DNA from: Octopus vulgaris
Lineage: Eukaryota
Assembly: GCA_951406725.2 (NCBI GenBank)
Contig: OX597815.1
Location: forward strand, 78,306,001 to 78,370,000
Length of the DNA: 64,000 bases
Reading direction: 5' to 3'
Position 1 is the first letter of the stretch, and the number at the start of each line of letters is the position of its first letter. The position numbers were made by a program, and so were the translations under genes. Below the pieces are notes generated by a model. The model did no database searches. It saw only the letters and a list, made by a program, of their open reading frames with translations, and was not told the origin of the DNA. Below, in pieces: positions 1 to 13,910 of the stretch.

Positions 1-204
1 TGCACGTATTTGACATAATTGTTAAATCCATCTGCTTGCTGAACACCACAGAACAAACACATCGTTTCATTTGGTTGAGGAGTGTGCAGAGGTGCTATAG
101 CCGTCCACTGGCATTTTAGTATTTCTGCATGCAGTAGGCAGGGTGGTGGCACTCTCGGTTATCGACTATTTCCTTTGCCCACACTTGTCCAAAATTTATT
201 GGAC

Positions 205-210
205 ATATAA
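205..210 (+). promoter_or_regulatory. Possible TATA-like box upstream of the CRISP-like gene
   Basis: ATATAA about 135 nt upstream of the ATG at 344; weak evidence in an AT-rich background. Confidence 0.25.
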
Positions 211-343
211 TTCTTTTCGTCTTCAACTGCAAAATTACTACAAGTAGCAACACTGGCCAACATAGTTCACGTCTAGTACTACAAGAGTATTCTTGTCATT
301 TATCTGAAGAAAAGTTTACTGTTTCACAATCAAGAAAACAACG

Positions 344-426
344 ATGTTACTTCTATCTGTTTGTTTTATTTTCTTCCTTCTTACATCTGCATCTGCTCAA
401 GTCAGGCGCAAACCAGGAACTAGTCG
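344..426 (+). CDS. CRISP-like CAP/ShKT protein, coding exon 1 (signal peptide)
   Basis: MLLLSVCFIFFLLTSASA-QVRRKPGTS(R): hydrophobic core with ASA cleavage motif; strong donor CG|gtgagt, phase 2, compatible with the phase-2 acceptor at 18485. Confidence 0.75.
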
Positions 427-943
427 GTGAGTATATCTAAAGATTCTTCAGTTTAATCAACCGTGTCGACTGCTTGACATCTCAAGAGTAAAACGTGATG
501 TACACCTAATCCAGGGGCCGAGAAACTTCTTTAACCAATTACTCCTCTATATATATATATATTTACGCCGACGTTACCGCCTTGATTTGAAAGGAAGAAA
601 ATCATAGTTTGAATTTAAAAGGTTTATTGAATCTATTTTATTGTATCTACTTATAATGAATCTATTTACACGTTTATTACATTGGACAGATGTAGCAGTA
701 CCAGAAGAAAATTTTCTGTCGTAACAAGGAACACGTTTTTTTATATAATTTTACTTATGCCTAATGAGTCCTCATTACCCTCAAGAATTTCATTTTTATC
801 CCACTTGGGGTAATTTCCCTGCTTCGCGACATCTGTTCTAGTCGTTACATTACTTTATCTATTTTCTGCCATATATATTATAGTGACATTGTAAGTAATT
901 GCATGTAATCTTGTAAATCATATTTTAATATGTTGCTATAACT

Positions 944-1378
944 AAGGGAGCGGCGAAGTGACAAAACCGCTAGCACACCGGCTAAAATGCTTAGCGGCAT
1001 TTCGTTCGTCTTCATGTTCTGAGTTCAAATTCCGCCGAGATCGACTTTGCCGTTCTTCCTTTCGGGGTCGATAAAATAAGTACCAGTTGAACACTAAGGT
1101 CGATGTAATCAATCAGCCCTCTCACCCGAAGTTACCAAAGTTTGAAACTAATATATTGCTTTAAGTAAGGCGGTGAGCTAACAGAATCGTTAGTACGCCG
1201 GACAAAATGCTTAGCGGCATTTCGTCCGTCTTTACGTCCTGAATACTAATTCCGCCGAGGTCGACTTTGCTTTCATTCTTTCTGGGTTGATAAAATAAGT
1301 ACCAGTTGAGCAGTGGGGTCGATGTAATTGACTTTCCCTCTCCCAAAATCGCTTGCCTTATTCCTAAATTTGAAATCA
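944..1378 (+). mobile_element. Two tandem tRNA-derived SINEs with Nin/Deu-like central domain (family B)
   Basis: GAGTTCAAAT B-box-like motif, then GCCTTTCATCCTTTCGGGGTCGATAAAATAAGTACCAG-type domain; AATATATTGCT-like duplications near 927, 1150 and 1378. Other copies at about 3650, 4045(-), 7493, 9138, 13910, 16680, 31050(-), 31990(-), 32215(-), 36660(-), 60845(-). Confidence 0.75.
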
Positions 1379-2863
1379 ATATATTGCTATAATTATATGG
1401 TCACACTCATATGTCTACAAACAGTTATAATGACACACTAAAGTTTCGATATTTAACAGCTGACCTGGAAGGCACCCACAATATTATCCATTTTTCCAAC
1501 CACAACTGTGACTAACTTTTTAAATCCAATACCTCTACTACTCATGGACATGCTCATAATCTTTTTTTTTTTAATCGCAGCACCCTTGACTTTCGAAAAC
1601 ATTTTTCCACGCTCTGAATTGTTGAAGCATAGAATAAACTTCCCATATTAATTGTTAGCTGTCAGAACACTGCATCCATCAAAATTTCCATGCTTCCTGG
1701 AATTCACCAGCATTACTCCTGATAGACCTTTGCACGCTTTCCTCTTTGTGGCTCTTTTAATGTTCACTTTTCTGTCTTTTATCCTATGTACTATGTATGT
1801 GCTGCGAGCTCCTATTGCTGTCTTTCTTTACTTGAGTTGTATGTCTGCTTTCTATTCCCTCTTATACCTATTCCGACAAGCTTTAATGCATCTGAATACT
1901 GAATACATCAGCTCATTATATTATTCTTTAAGTACAATAAGTTTCTCTCTCAAAACAGAAGATATAATTTTCTAAAGTGATATCGTAGAAGTCATATTCG
2001 ACTAAATAAACTCCTGTCTGTTTTATCGGTCCCAAAGAGATGTACAGTGAAATTGGTTTCCATGAGATTTGAACTCAGAATATTTAGAAATTAAAGCATA
2101 TTCAATAATAGATATGATCAAGTGCTCTTCTGACTTACCTCTTTTAATCACAAATATAGTAACGGAATCATAAATATCCACTTCTAATCATGACTAACGT
2201 TATTTGCCTATACCTTTGTAATATATCACGTATAGTATCATATATTACCATTATACATGATATTGCACGATTTTATTGCAGTTTTAAAAATAAACGGTTA
2301 TGTTAACATATATATATATATTTGGTTTTAAAAATATCTACCATCCAAAATTAAATGCTGGCATTCTTTCGATTTATGATCATGATTTGAAAGTGGAAAA
2401 TTACCGTCAGCAATCGGCATTAAAATTTTGAAAAAAAAAATTGTAATTTTGATATAAAATTCTTATTCAGATCGTTATCTCTGAATATCCCCACCAAATA
2501 GATAAATCGAAAAACTAAAAAACTAGAAATGGTCTGGCGGTTAAAAATTTGAAAAGCTGTTCTTGTATATTGTTATCTATTTATTTGTAATTTCTGTTGT
2601 TAAAAACAGTAATCTGAAAACATATTAAATAAATAAATAAATGTAAAAGGGTTTGGGACAGTCTCGCAGTATTTTTTTACCGACTCTTTACATTCCAAGT
2701 TCAAATCCCGCCGAGGGCAAATTTGCTATTCATTCTCTCGAGGTCTAGCAAATCAAAGTCAAGTACTATGATTGATATGCATCGATTAACTCGCTCCTCC
2801 AAATTTCAGGCCTTAGAAGCAATTATTGGAAACGAAGGCCGTGGATTAATAGAATCGTTAGAG

Positions 2864-3171
2864 CAGTGGTTCTCAGCCGGGCTCCATATGACCCCTGAAG
2901 GTTTTTGGGAGTCCTTGCAAGCAAAATAGCAAATGGGAGATGCAAGCTAGTATTTTAAGGGTCTATGAAAAAATGTTGATTTTTGGATGTATTACTTTCT
3001 CTAACGTTTTAGGTAGTTCAAACAATACAAGTGAATGTGTGAATAACAAAATAAGAATTTTGAAAGAAGTATCTATAAAACTAGTTTTTAAACATCGAAT
3101 GACTGTTGGGTCCACCGAAGTAAGACAGTAATCAAAGGGATCCATAGATGAAAAATGGTTGAGAATCACTG
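2864..3171. mobile_element. hAT (Charlie-like) MITE inserted into a SINE
   Basis: TIRs CAGTGGTTCTCA / TGAGAATCACTG; 8-bp TSD CGTTAGAG at 2856-2863 and 3172-3179. Confidence 0.85.
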
Positions 3172-4690
3172 CGTTAGAGCGTCGAGATAATACCTTGGCG
3201 TATTTTTTATAGGTTTATGTCCTGAATTTAAATCCTGCTACGGTCACCTTTGCTTTTCATCCTCTCGGGATTAACAAAATAAAGTGCCAGTCAGCTATTC
3301 GGGTTGTTTTAATCGATCAACCCCTCCCCTCAAAATTGCAGTTAACTTCATCTGAAAGGTAATGGATTGAAACTGGCACACCGTTTCTTATGACGACAGG
3401 TAATCCAGTTGATCCATTCATCAGAACACCCTGCTTGTGAAATTAAAGTGCAAGTGGTTGAGCACTCCGCAAATGCGTATACCTTTAACGTAGTTCTCAG
3501 ATTCAGCGTGATACAGAATGTGAGAAGACTGGCCCTTCCAATTACAACTCATTTTTGTCAGCGGAGTGGAATAAAGTGCATTGCTCAAGGACACAACGCG
3601 TTGCTGGGTATCGAACTCACGACCTTACGCAGCTTCAATTGTTTGAAACTATCATTAGAGTGTTGGGAAAATGCTTTGTGGTATTTCTTCCGGATCTTTA
3701 CGTTCTGAGTTCAAATTCCGCCAAGATCAATTTTGTCTTTTGTCCTTTCTATTTGAATAAAATAAAGTACTAGTTAAGTACAAGAGTTGATGGTATTAGG
3801 TAGTCCCCTTCCTTTAAAGCTTCCAGTTTTTTTTTGCCAAAATGCGGAGCTGCCTATTATTAACTCCGGCTTTTTATGTTTTGGTTCGAATCCCACCGAG
3901 GACATCTAAGCCTTTTATCCCTTCAGGCTCGTTGAAATAAAGATCCAGTCAAGTACTATATTTCCAGGATATGTACACGCTATCCGACTAAATTCGAACT
4001 AGGAACGTTGATTTACCAAACTAAATGCAATCGAAACCTAAATATTGGCTTCAAGTTTTGACACAAGGCCAGAAATTTCGGGGGACGGGATAAGTCGATT
4101 ACATCAACCCCAGTACTCAGCTGGTACTTATTTTATCGACCCGGAAAAAAGATGAAAGGCAAAGTCGACCTCGGCGGAATTTGAGCTCAGAACATAAAAG
4201 ACGGACGAAATGCTGCCGATGACTATTTTGTCCTGCGTGGCAATGATTCTGTCAGCTTTCGCCTTAAGCATTGGGTCAATGTGGTCGACTTACCCATCTC
4301 CCCCAAACTATCTGGCCTTGTACCAAAATTTGAAATCAATATTTAGGTTCCGATTGCACATGCGTCAGTTGCGTAATAGATAAGAACGTCGCTAAGCTTA
4401 GTTTGGTAAATAAACTTTCCTACTTCGAATTCAATCGGGTATCGTGTACATATCTAGGAGAAAAAGACACCTGATGATAATCGGAGATCAAAGCAAATGA
4501 AACGAAGATTAGATGGCTAAAGATACGGTTAATTATCCGAAAATTTTTAATCGTTAATAATTATAAAAATGTTACACGAATATGACATTCACGGGATATT
4601 ATAATACAGTAACAATATTTTGAATAATAATTTCATCAAAAATTCATACAAAAATTAGCCCTTATTAGTCTTATCTAATTTTATTTATAG

Positions 4691-4732
4691 CAATCGCCAA
4701 CAATTACGTGCCAATAACTTTAAAATTTGTAC
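4691..4732 (+). CDS. Candidate micro-exon of the CRISP-like gene (NRQQLRANNFKIC)
   Basis: tctaat branch point, ttatttatag acceptor, AC|gtatgt donor; 42 nt, phase 2-2, open in frame. Confidence 0.35.
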
Positions 4733-4909
4733 GTATGTATATATGTAGGGAGAGAAGTATGCACACATATAAACAACCCTGGTTTCAAAGCCAACTTTTT
4801 TATTACTCATTTATCAACAGAAAATAGTGATAGTAGAAACATTAATTGAGGGACATGAAATCTACACCATATTGCAACATTCATCTCCGAGATGTTGTCT
4901 TGAACTGTT

Positions 4910-5123
4910 ACTCTTTTACTCTTTTACTTGTTTCAGTCATTTGATTGTGACCATGCCGGAGCACCGCCTTTAGTCGAGCAAATCGACCCCAGGACTTATT
5001 CTTTGTAAGCCTAGTACTTATTCTATCGGTCTCTTTTGCCGAACCGCTACGTTACGGGGACGTAAACACACCAGCATCGGTTGTCAAGCGATGCTTGGAG
5101 GACAAACACAGACACACAAACAT

Positions 5124-5174
<51 letters not shown>

Positions 5175-5335
5175 CAACGGGCTTCTTTCAGTTTCCGTCT
5201 ACCAAATCCACTCAAGGCTTTGGTCGGCCCGAGGCTATAGTAGAAGACACTTGCCAAAGGTGCCACGCAGTGAGACAGAACACGGAACTATGTGGTTGGT
5301 AAGCAAGCTACTTGCCACACAGCCACTCCTACGCC
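4910..5335 (-). mobile_element. tRNA-derived SINE family A (CORE-like, with internal microsatellite)
   Basis: Family head GGCGCAGGAGTGGCTGTGTGG (A box), GGTTCAGTCC (B box), TTGGGCAAGTGTC core, central (TA)n(TG)n and AAGAGTA tail. Copies at about 18925, 20959, 27822, 45961, 55720(-), 58576, 59207, 63635(-). Confidence 0.8.
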
Positions 5336-6225
5336 TGTTCCGATTGCACATGCGTCAGTTGCATAATGGATAAGAACGTCACTAGGCTTAGTTTGGTAAA
5401 TAAAAACGTTCCTACTTCGAATTCAATTGGGTATCGTGTACATAACCAGGTAAAAAAGACACCTGATGATAATCTGAGATCAAACCAAATGAAACCTGTT
5501 GTTATTGTTGTTGTGCTTGTTTAGGCCCAGATCAACTCTGATTTGAATAGATCCATAACCGGAGGAATACTATTCGGGACCATCATAAACGCGGTGGTCA
5601 CCTATGGTGACCATCTTATCTTTTTTAGATCACTTAAGATTACAATGAGGAAAATCGCCCACTCTTAGAAACAGGATCGCACTCACCCAACACCGTAAAT
5701 CTTGTGGTATGGGTAAATAACGAACAATGATGAATACCTTTGTGCATTGTGGGGTCCTCAATCTTCTCCAAAACTGCAGATGATCCTTTGGTCGAAAAGG
5801 ACGTCACCTAACTTCGCGGAATCCCACTTTTCTCCACTTATCAATCGTGATGGACTATGAGCAGTATTCTTGCTGAGAAAGCTTTCACCTTCGCTGTCCA
5901 CTTTCCATCCAACTCCGCACTCGGTAAACCACCTCTAAATCTATTCTCTTCCACTCCATCAAGTTCACAACTATGTACGTTGTCATTCGCCCAATTAGAA
6001 ATAGCAGCCAAATTTTCCTCAAATCATACGCTACGCGGTAGTCTTTAAAAAAATAGAAGGTTACATTGTTCAAATAAGTCCCTTATAGACAAAGTTGACG
6101 GGTTTGTCGTGATTGAAACGCTTTTGATCAAAAGTTTGCCAGAATAAGGCTGACTTAGGGTTAAACAATAACTGATACCTGTATGGACCCGGGACAAGAT
6201 GGAATGGAAATGTGCAAGTTCATCC

Positions 6226-7389
6226 TGTTTACATTATTTACATTTTACGGATATTTGTCCTAATCTTGTTTGTTGTTAACACAACGTTTTGGCTGATATA
6301 ACCTCCAGCCTTCATCAGGTGTCTTGGGTATTTTTCGATGTTATTATTATCCAGGTCACTGCTTGGAATCGAACTCGGAATTAATTGGGGTTAGTAGCCC
6401 GCGCTCTCAACCACTACTAATTCCGTGGGCAATTATGGAGTGAATTTTAGGGCTTATAAATCTAATATTTTCCTATCCTTCCTTAATACCGGTTCCCTTA
6501 TGCTACTCATATCTGCACTCGGTCTGTTTAGGAGGTTGTTGTGTCCTAGAATATGTGCAGCTTCTTTTAGTTTTCGTATTTCCAGTGGTGTTTTCTGTCT
6601 ATTATTTTAACTTCATCCCACAGGGGGAGGTGGTCCCCATTTTTCCATACATGATCAGCTATACCCGATTTATCAATATTTCCTCGTGTCACAGCTTTGC
6701 GATGTTCGTCTACCCTTATTTTTAGGGGGCAGCATGTTTCGCCTTTGTATAACCTACCACAGCTGCATGGGATGGAGTAATGCAGTCTTTGGTCATATTC
6801 TCTTCTATTGGAGGTTTTACTCGAATGAGATATTTGCGAAGTGTTATATTACTCTTGAATACTGTCCTGATGTCATATGGGCCGCATATCTTTTGTATCT
6901 TTTCGGAAAGGCCTTTTACATAGAGTAGACAGATTGTGGACAGTTTGTTGGTTACATCCTCTCTTTTCTTCATAATTGGAGTGGATAGTATGTTTTGGGG
7001 GGTAGTTGTTGTTTAATAGATTGTTATTGAGCTTGATCATTTCTTCGTAGTGCAGACCGAGTGCAGATATGAGTAGCATATGGGAACCGGTATTAAGGAA
7101 AGATAGGAAAATATTAGATTTATAAGCCCTAAAATTCGCTCGATAATTGCCCACGGGCATATAGCGTAGTGGTTAAGAGCGCGGTCTACATACCCCAAGA
7201 TTCCAAAAATAATAATGATAACGTCGAAAAATACTTTGGGAATGAGAACCCAGGTTCGAAATTTCCCCAAGACACGTGATGAAGGCTGGAGAGTATATCA
7301 ACCGAAACGTGTTAGCAATAAACAAGATGAGGACAAATATCTGTCAAATGTAAATAACGTACATAATTCCTCATCTCTTAAATACAGAA
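6226..7389 (-). mobile_element. Penelope-like retroelement (PLE) 3' portion with GIY-YIG remnant and inverted pLTR
   Basis: Minus strand ICLLYVKGLSEKIQKICGPYDIRTVFKS...IPCSCG..Y.GET...EH (frameshifted GIY-YIG endonuclease); 6229-6527 is repeated inverted at 7053-7362; each arm carries a hammerhead motif. Confidence 0.85.
6278..6323 (-). ncRNA. Minimal type-I hammerhead ribozyme motif in pLTR (G12A mutated)
   Basis: GACAC CUGAUGA AGGCUG..CAGCC aAAAC GUU GUGUU; the sister copy at 7271-7313 (+) keeps GAAAC but has C3G. Confidence 0.6.
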
Positions 7390-8151
7390 ATGTATCCATC
7401 CTGTTTGCATCTAATGAAATATTTACACTGCTACTCTGTGATCTCGGCTATGTCCACCACCTCAATTTAATTTTTAATTTGATAATGACTTTAAGGCGGC
7501 GAGCTGACAGAATCGTTAACAAAATGCTTAGCGGCATTTCGTCTGTCTGCATGTTCTGAGTTCAAATACCGCCGAGGTTGACTTTGCCTTTCATCCCTTT
7601 CGAGGTCGATAAAATAAATACCAGTAGAGCACTGAGGTCAATGTAATCAACTCACACCTCCCCCGAAATTGCTGGCCTTGTGCCAAAATTTAAAACCAGT
7701 TTAATAATGAATTTGACGCTTAGTAAAATGGGAGAAGTGAAACCGGGTAATATTAATGACTTTTCCAACAGTCAACCAAATAACTGAAACGAACTAATGA
7801 AGAGAATCGAACCAATATTGAGGGTCAATGATATATCATATTTTACGATGCTTAAATCTTATTTGTTTTTAATATCGATTTTCCTTCAACAGTTAATCCA
7901 AATCGACCGTAATACCACCCAGCTACTCTTTCTGACAGCTAATAGTGACCGCCTGTTTACCGGATGTGGGGATTTCCTAGCAAACGTTTAGGAAAATCTC
8001 TTAAACTAAGAATATATTTACTTTACAAACAAAATACAAAAGTGATCTCAGCAGGGCTATGTCATTGAGAATTTTACCCAGTCAACTACAGAAAATCTGC
8101 TCCTTGTTTTAACAAATGCAAACTAACAAATAATCCAACTTTGATTTGTAG

Positions 8152-8188
8152 AAAATACAACGAACTCGTTGATTCGTACGCAGAGGAG
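8152..8188 (+). CDS. Candidate micro-exon of the CRISP-like gene (KYNELVDSYAEE)
   Basis: ctaac branch point, tttgtag acceptor, GAG|gtgagg donor; open after a phase-2 intron; alternative donors at 8175 and 8193 would be frame-neutral. Confidence 0.35.
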
Positions 8189-8397
8189 GTGAGGTTTACA
8201 ATAAGTACTTTAGAATATTCTGGGCGGGCACTAATTTTTGTAAACTGTACTTTCTAAATCTGAAGGTGCACCATTGATTAGTGAAGAGGAAGTGCCAATC
8301 CAGTGCACCCACTTAGTGACGAGCATGACCTCTGATCTATCTTGATCGAACAACAGACTTATAATGAAAGACACCCCAACCATGACTCTCCCATATG

Positions 8398-8450
<53 letters not shown>

Positions 8451-10360
8451 ACATTAACTAATTTACCATGTCTATATTTAACTCTATAAGCTGTGATTTA
8501 AATGGGAATTGATTGCCTTTTTCTTGTCGGTTGATTGTCAAAGTTGAAGCTTTCTTGGTTCGTGCGATATAAGTTTTGATTGAAGTGTAGCAGCATTTTT
8601 GACCCATGTCACAAAAGCCTTCGTTAAATGCTCTGAATATTACTAATTTCTATTTCCCACTTTATACATATCTGTATGACGCCTTTAGCAGTAATTGTGA
8701 TGTTGATAGTGGTTGTGGCGTTGGTGGTGTTAGTTTCACATTGTATCTTGAACTATGGAATTCTGGCTTGACAACTCAAAACGTTAAATACACAACATAC
8801 TGTCAGCTAGATGCTGCACCTCACGACAAACAATTTGAAGGAAGTCTAAGGTAGATAAAGAGAATACATTGAACAAAAACTAACAAAGAAGACTAACAAA
8901 ATAATACGTTGTTTTAATACAGACTGAAACTTTCCGAAACTGGCATGGTCAGAGAGGACCAAATCCTTCCTTCTCTGTACTGCAACAGCAAGATCAAAAA
9001 CAGATGACTCATTAAAAATTATATTTATACAACAGGTTATAGTCTTAACACCAAAAATCAGCAATATATTGAGACAAATGCTATGGACAATCTTGTCATT
9101 ACCCTCAATATTTGTATTGTTATTTAATCAAAAAAGAAGGCAGCGAACTGGCAGAATCTTTAAATTCGGAAAAACCTGCTTTGCGATAGTTCTTCCGGCT
9201 CTTTACATTCTGAATTCAAATTCCGCCGAGGTTCACTTTGCCTTTCATCCCTATGGAGTCGATAAAATAAGTACCAGTCAAATACGGAAACTGATGGTAT
9301 TGACTAAGCTTCCACCCCACTCAAAATTGTTAGATTTGTACTTAATCAGAAACGTTTAATCGGAGAAGGAGCAGTGGACTGACAGAATCGTTAGAGAGTG
9401 GGGAAAAGGGTCTGTGATGTTTAATTACATCCCTTTGCGTTCTAAGTTCAAATCCCATAGGTTTTACCTTTCATCTTCAGTAATCAATGTAATAAATACC
9501 AGTCAAGAGATCGATACAATCGACGATAAACTTCCTCAAAATTGTTGGTTTTGTTGTTACATGAGAAATCCTTATTCAGAGAAACGGTAGCACTCACGAC
9601 CATAATAACATGAACCCATACTAGTGTGATTGATGAAGTTGATGCTCAGATTATATATTGTATATGTTGTCTGTAAGATAACATAGACAGGGAGGACGTC
9701 CAGCGCGGTTGTAGAACCGTATAAAATGAATCGAGATAAGTGTTTAGTGTAGAGTTTGATGTGGTGAAAAACGAGAGGGATAATGTAGGGAAGAGGCGTT
9801 TAAATTGAGAAGGGCCTCCTAGAGACATTTTGTAAAGAACAATTCTGCTTTTGAGGCCCCACCAACAGGGTGAAGAGTTCTTTTCAAAAATTAAGTGGGC
9901 TCTGATTTTTCTTTTAGTGGCAGGGGGAGGTTTAGGATAGGCTCCGTGAAATATTCATGGACTCCTCCTTAGTTCTCCAGGCCTTGAAACCCCTATATCG
10001 GTTAAATTCCTTCTTATAGTTAGTTCCGTGATGTTGGTAAGTTCAAGTGCGATGGTGCGCAGCTTGTTAGCAGATGATGTAGAGCTATTCAAAGTGACAG
10101 AGCAGAAACACCGGGATCTATAAGTCACTGGTAGCTGCATGTTAATTATAATTTCTGATTCAAGCAAAAGGCCAGCAAATTTGAGGAGATTGAGTTAGTC
10201 AATACCATCGGCTCTTGTACATGGCTGGTACTATATTTTATCGACCCCGAAAGGATGAATAAAAGCAATGCTAACACGGTATGTTTTGAACACAGACCGT
10301 AAGACATTTTTTTCTGTTGTTCTAACGCTTCTGCTACCTCACAGCTCTCTTAGCAGTTAA

Positions 10361-11304
10361 TCTATCTATAATACATTAAAAGTGAGTTTGGATCTTGCTT
10401 GCTTGTAATGTTACTCAGCCAAACTGGCGCATAATGGGAAAACACTATGAATTAAGTTGCCCCTGAAATGTGAATATGAACGGAATAAAACAAGATTTGC
10501 GTAAATCGGACAAGTTGTTGTTGAGATATTAGGGGTTTTCGAGGGTATAAATACCCAAAACGGTGCATAATGGAAAAATATTCCGAAAATAACTTGACCC
10601 TGAAAGGGAAGAAGCTCTTACCTTTCGATTAGACACAATGACTTGACAACGAAAAAATACGATTTGTTTTTTACAGAAAATGTTTCTATTTTCGCTTTTG
10701 TTAAATACAATACTTTAATCATTTAGAAATATTTTTAAGTGAATGTAATATCAAAAATGTAAGTTGTTTGTACAGTAAGTACTTATATTTTAGCTTTCTT
10801 TAAACAGACAATATTTTAATGTTTTTTTTTTAATTATTTCCAAGTGAATACCATTGCAAAAAGTTTATTTTTTTAGTTTTGCATATTTAAAAAATATTTT
10901 AAAGTGAAAATGACTTTTAAAACACGGTAAATATTGCGTAAAAGACCCGTTCGTAAACGCGTTGTGAAATAATTTTCTTCCATGGGTTTTTATTTTTTCG
11001 AATGCATTCAACGTATCTCACCTCCAAAGATTTGGCGGCTATTTCTAGCACGCCCTGCTACCACGAAACTGCTATTTGAGATAAAGGACCTGAAATACCT
11101 GTTACGTGGTAGCAGGGCGTACAAGAAATAGCAGCCAAATCTTTCCTTTTCTGGGAAAAGGAACCGTTTACGCGTGATTTCGATGTTACATTTGTTGAAA
11201 GCGTGCGAAATAACCTAGAAAAGAAACAAAAACTCACGAAACAAAACTCCGTTGCTAGGAAACTCAGACTTTCCCTGTGACCCAACCCGTCACGGGTAGT
11301 CTAG
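10361..11304 (+). mobile_element. Non-autonomous Helitron
   Basis: Starts A|TCTATCTATAATAC, ends with hairpin CCCGTCACGGG then CTAG|T; inserted between A and T with no TSD. Confidence 0.7.
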
Positions 11305-11653
11305 TATGATAATAATTCGTAAAGTATTATCAATTCAAAACCCCTATGAATGGACAATGTACGCGGTTTTCAAGAAACATTCTATTTTTGACCAAATTAA
11401 ACTTCTAAAAGACTGACTTGAAATTAATTCAAATTAGTTAATCAGTTGAAAATGTCAGCAAGTAAAAGACCGAAGTAATTACAGCTGAGAAATTCAGACA
11501 GTTTAACAGCCTCTTTTTTTCACCTCCTCCTCCTACATTCTCTTTTGCTTCTCACCTCTTCTTAAAAACCGCCCTAATTCAATGACCTTGACAGGACTTC
11601 CTCTATCTAGTTCATCTCAAACAACATTGTTTTATCTCTCTCTCTCTCTCTTC

Positions 11654-11685
<32 letters not shown>

Positions 11686-11909
11686 ATTTATTTCTTTCTT
11701 TCTTTCTTTCTTTCTCCTTAGATACCAACTATTCTCTATTCATCTCCTGTATTACCTCTCTCTTTGCTCTTCACATTCTTTATGTTCACGGAACTGTAAG
11801 CTTACTGTCCAGCCATATGACAGGTCAATCCGTACATTATTAGTTCTATCACACTCGTGTATGTATGTATGTATGTATGTATGTATGTATGTATGTATGT
11901 ATGTATACG

Positions 11910-11946
<37 letters not shown>

Positions 11947-12591
11947 CAAAACCACCATAAGCCAAGAAAACAAGAACCTCCACGAAGACAAGAATCAACT
12001 CCACGAAGACTAGAACCTCAATGAAGGGTCTAAAAGCCCAGTCACAAAAAACAGGTCCTTATTTATTAATAGAGTCGATATACGAATATTAATAAAATAC
12101 AATAGTATATTTCCATAATGACCAATTCACCAACTGGTTTTATGCCAGAAGTTGAGAAATACACTGGCAATCATCAGAAAAGGCCGAAAGGAATGGCATG
12201 GTGTGGGCTCTTTTCCACATATATAACCATGACCACCACTTCTCCTCTATCTCCCTCTCAGCTACACATCTCAACTCCACCCTGTCCTCCTCATCCCGCT
12301 CACAACCCCACTCAACAGATACATATCTCCCATACAGTGGTAGCCATTTTATCTCATAATTCAAAGGACGTAACTTCATTGAACTAAAAAGTACTTTTCT
12401 CCCCACATTTTAACCTGGGCGATTTCGTTCCAGTTTTTTTTTTTTCAAATCTCCAATGGCAAGAAGACCATGCCAAACCATTTCTTTCAGCATTCTCTGG
12501 TGACAATCGGCTTTTTACTTTTCTTTTTTCTCCTCTCAGCTCCTACTATGAAACCGATTTGTAAATTGGCCGTTATGGAAAAGTGATGTAT

Positions 12592-12628
<37 letters not shown>

Positions 12629-12928
12629 TGCACTTATAATATAGACAATATATGTAATGCATGCATGCATACATACATACATACATACATACATACATAC
12701 ATACATACATACATACATACAGCGATATATTTTGTCTTAGCATGCGGTTGTCATTGAGTACATGCAGAAAGGCGCGTCGAGCATTTTTACGCCGCTGCTA
12801 GACGATTTTGGCCTGCTATTGATATATATTTTGCGTTTTAAACACTGCACGTATATAAGAGAGACTACCTCCGGATGAATACTGCGGCTAATTTGCCTTT
12901 CGGTGATAGATGTATCTGCATTATGTCT

Positions 12929-12969
<41 letters not shown>

Positions 12970-13813
12970 GTACTTGATGGCATTCCACCTGAGGAAGCAC
13001 CCACATACAACTGTTGCTGAAAATATTCAATAACGTCATACTAAAGAATCATTGTATACAATGATATATAAATGTAAACTTAACAACTTAAAGCTGCGGT
13101 CCGGTGCAGAAACAAATGGGGCGATTTGATCGACCCCGAAAGGATGGAAGGTAAAGTCGACATCGGCGGAATTTGAACTCAGAACGTAACAGCAGACGAA
13201 ATACCTATTTCTTTACTTCCCACAATGGGCTAAATACAGAGAGGACAAACAAGGACAGACACACGGTTTAAGTCGATTATATCGACGCCAGTGCGTAACT
13301 GGTACTTACTTAATCGACCCCGAAAGTACTTTACAGCTAAGCATTTCGCCGGGCATGCTAACGTTTCTGCCAACTCGCCGCCTATATACAAACTTGTCCC
13401 CAGTTCAAATTCGAACCCGTTAAAAAGTCATTCACTATGTTTTGTCACGGAGTGTATTCAAGAAATGTGTTTGTCTTCTCTTTTAACCTACTTCTATGCA
13501 AGATCTTTGTCATATGATATTTCAACATAATATCGAGTATCCTAAAAGACATTTATCCTTCCCGCTGTTTCTGCTGTAATCGTTTACGCTTCGCCAAAAT
13601 AGTCAGTCAAAATAATGTACTTATCTTCCTTTGTTGTTTGTGTTTATTGTAAACACTTGAGTGATGTAATCGATATCGCAGCTGCCTAGTAAATGATAGT
13701 GTCTCTTTAATATTAGTAGTGTTATTATTTCAGAATAGGAGATCTACAAAAGCCACTGAGGGTGCCCCTTCTATTCTTACTAATTAATATTAAAACGTGT
13801 ACACCAGGGGTTG

Positions 13814-13851
<38 letters not shown>

Positions 13852-13871
13852 CATCATTATTATTATTATTA

Positions 13872-13910
<39 letters not shown>

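Noticed and set aside
12118-12560. 88-89 aa ORFs
   Set aside because: Probably a decayed LINE endonuclease fragment (GDF-like motif); too degraded to call
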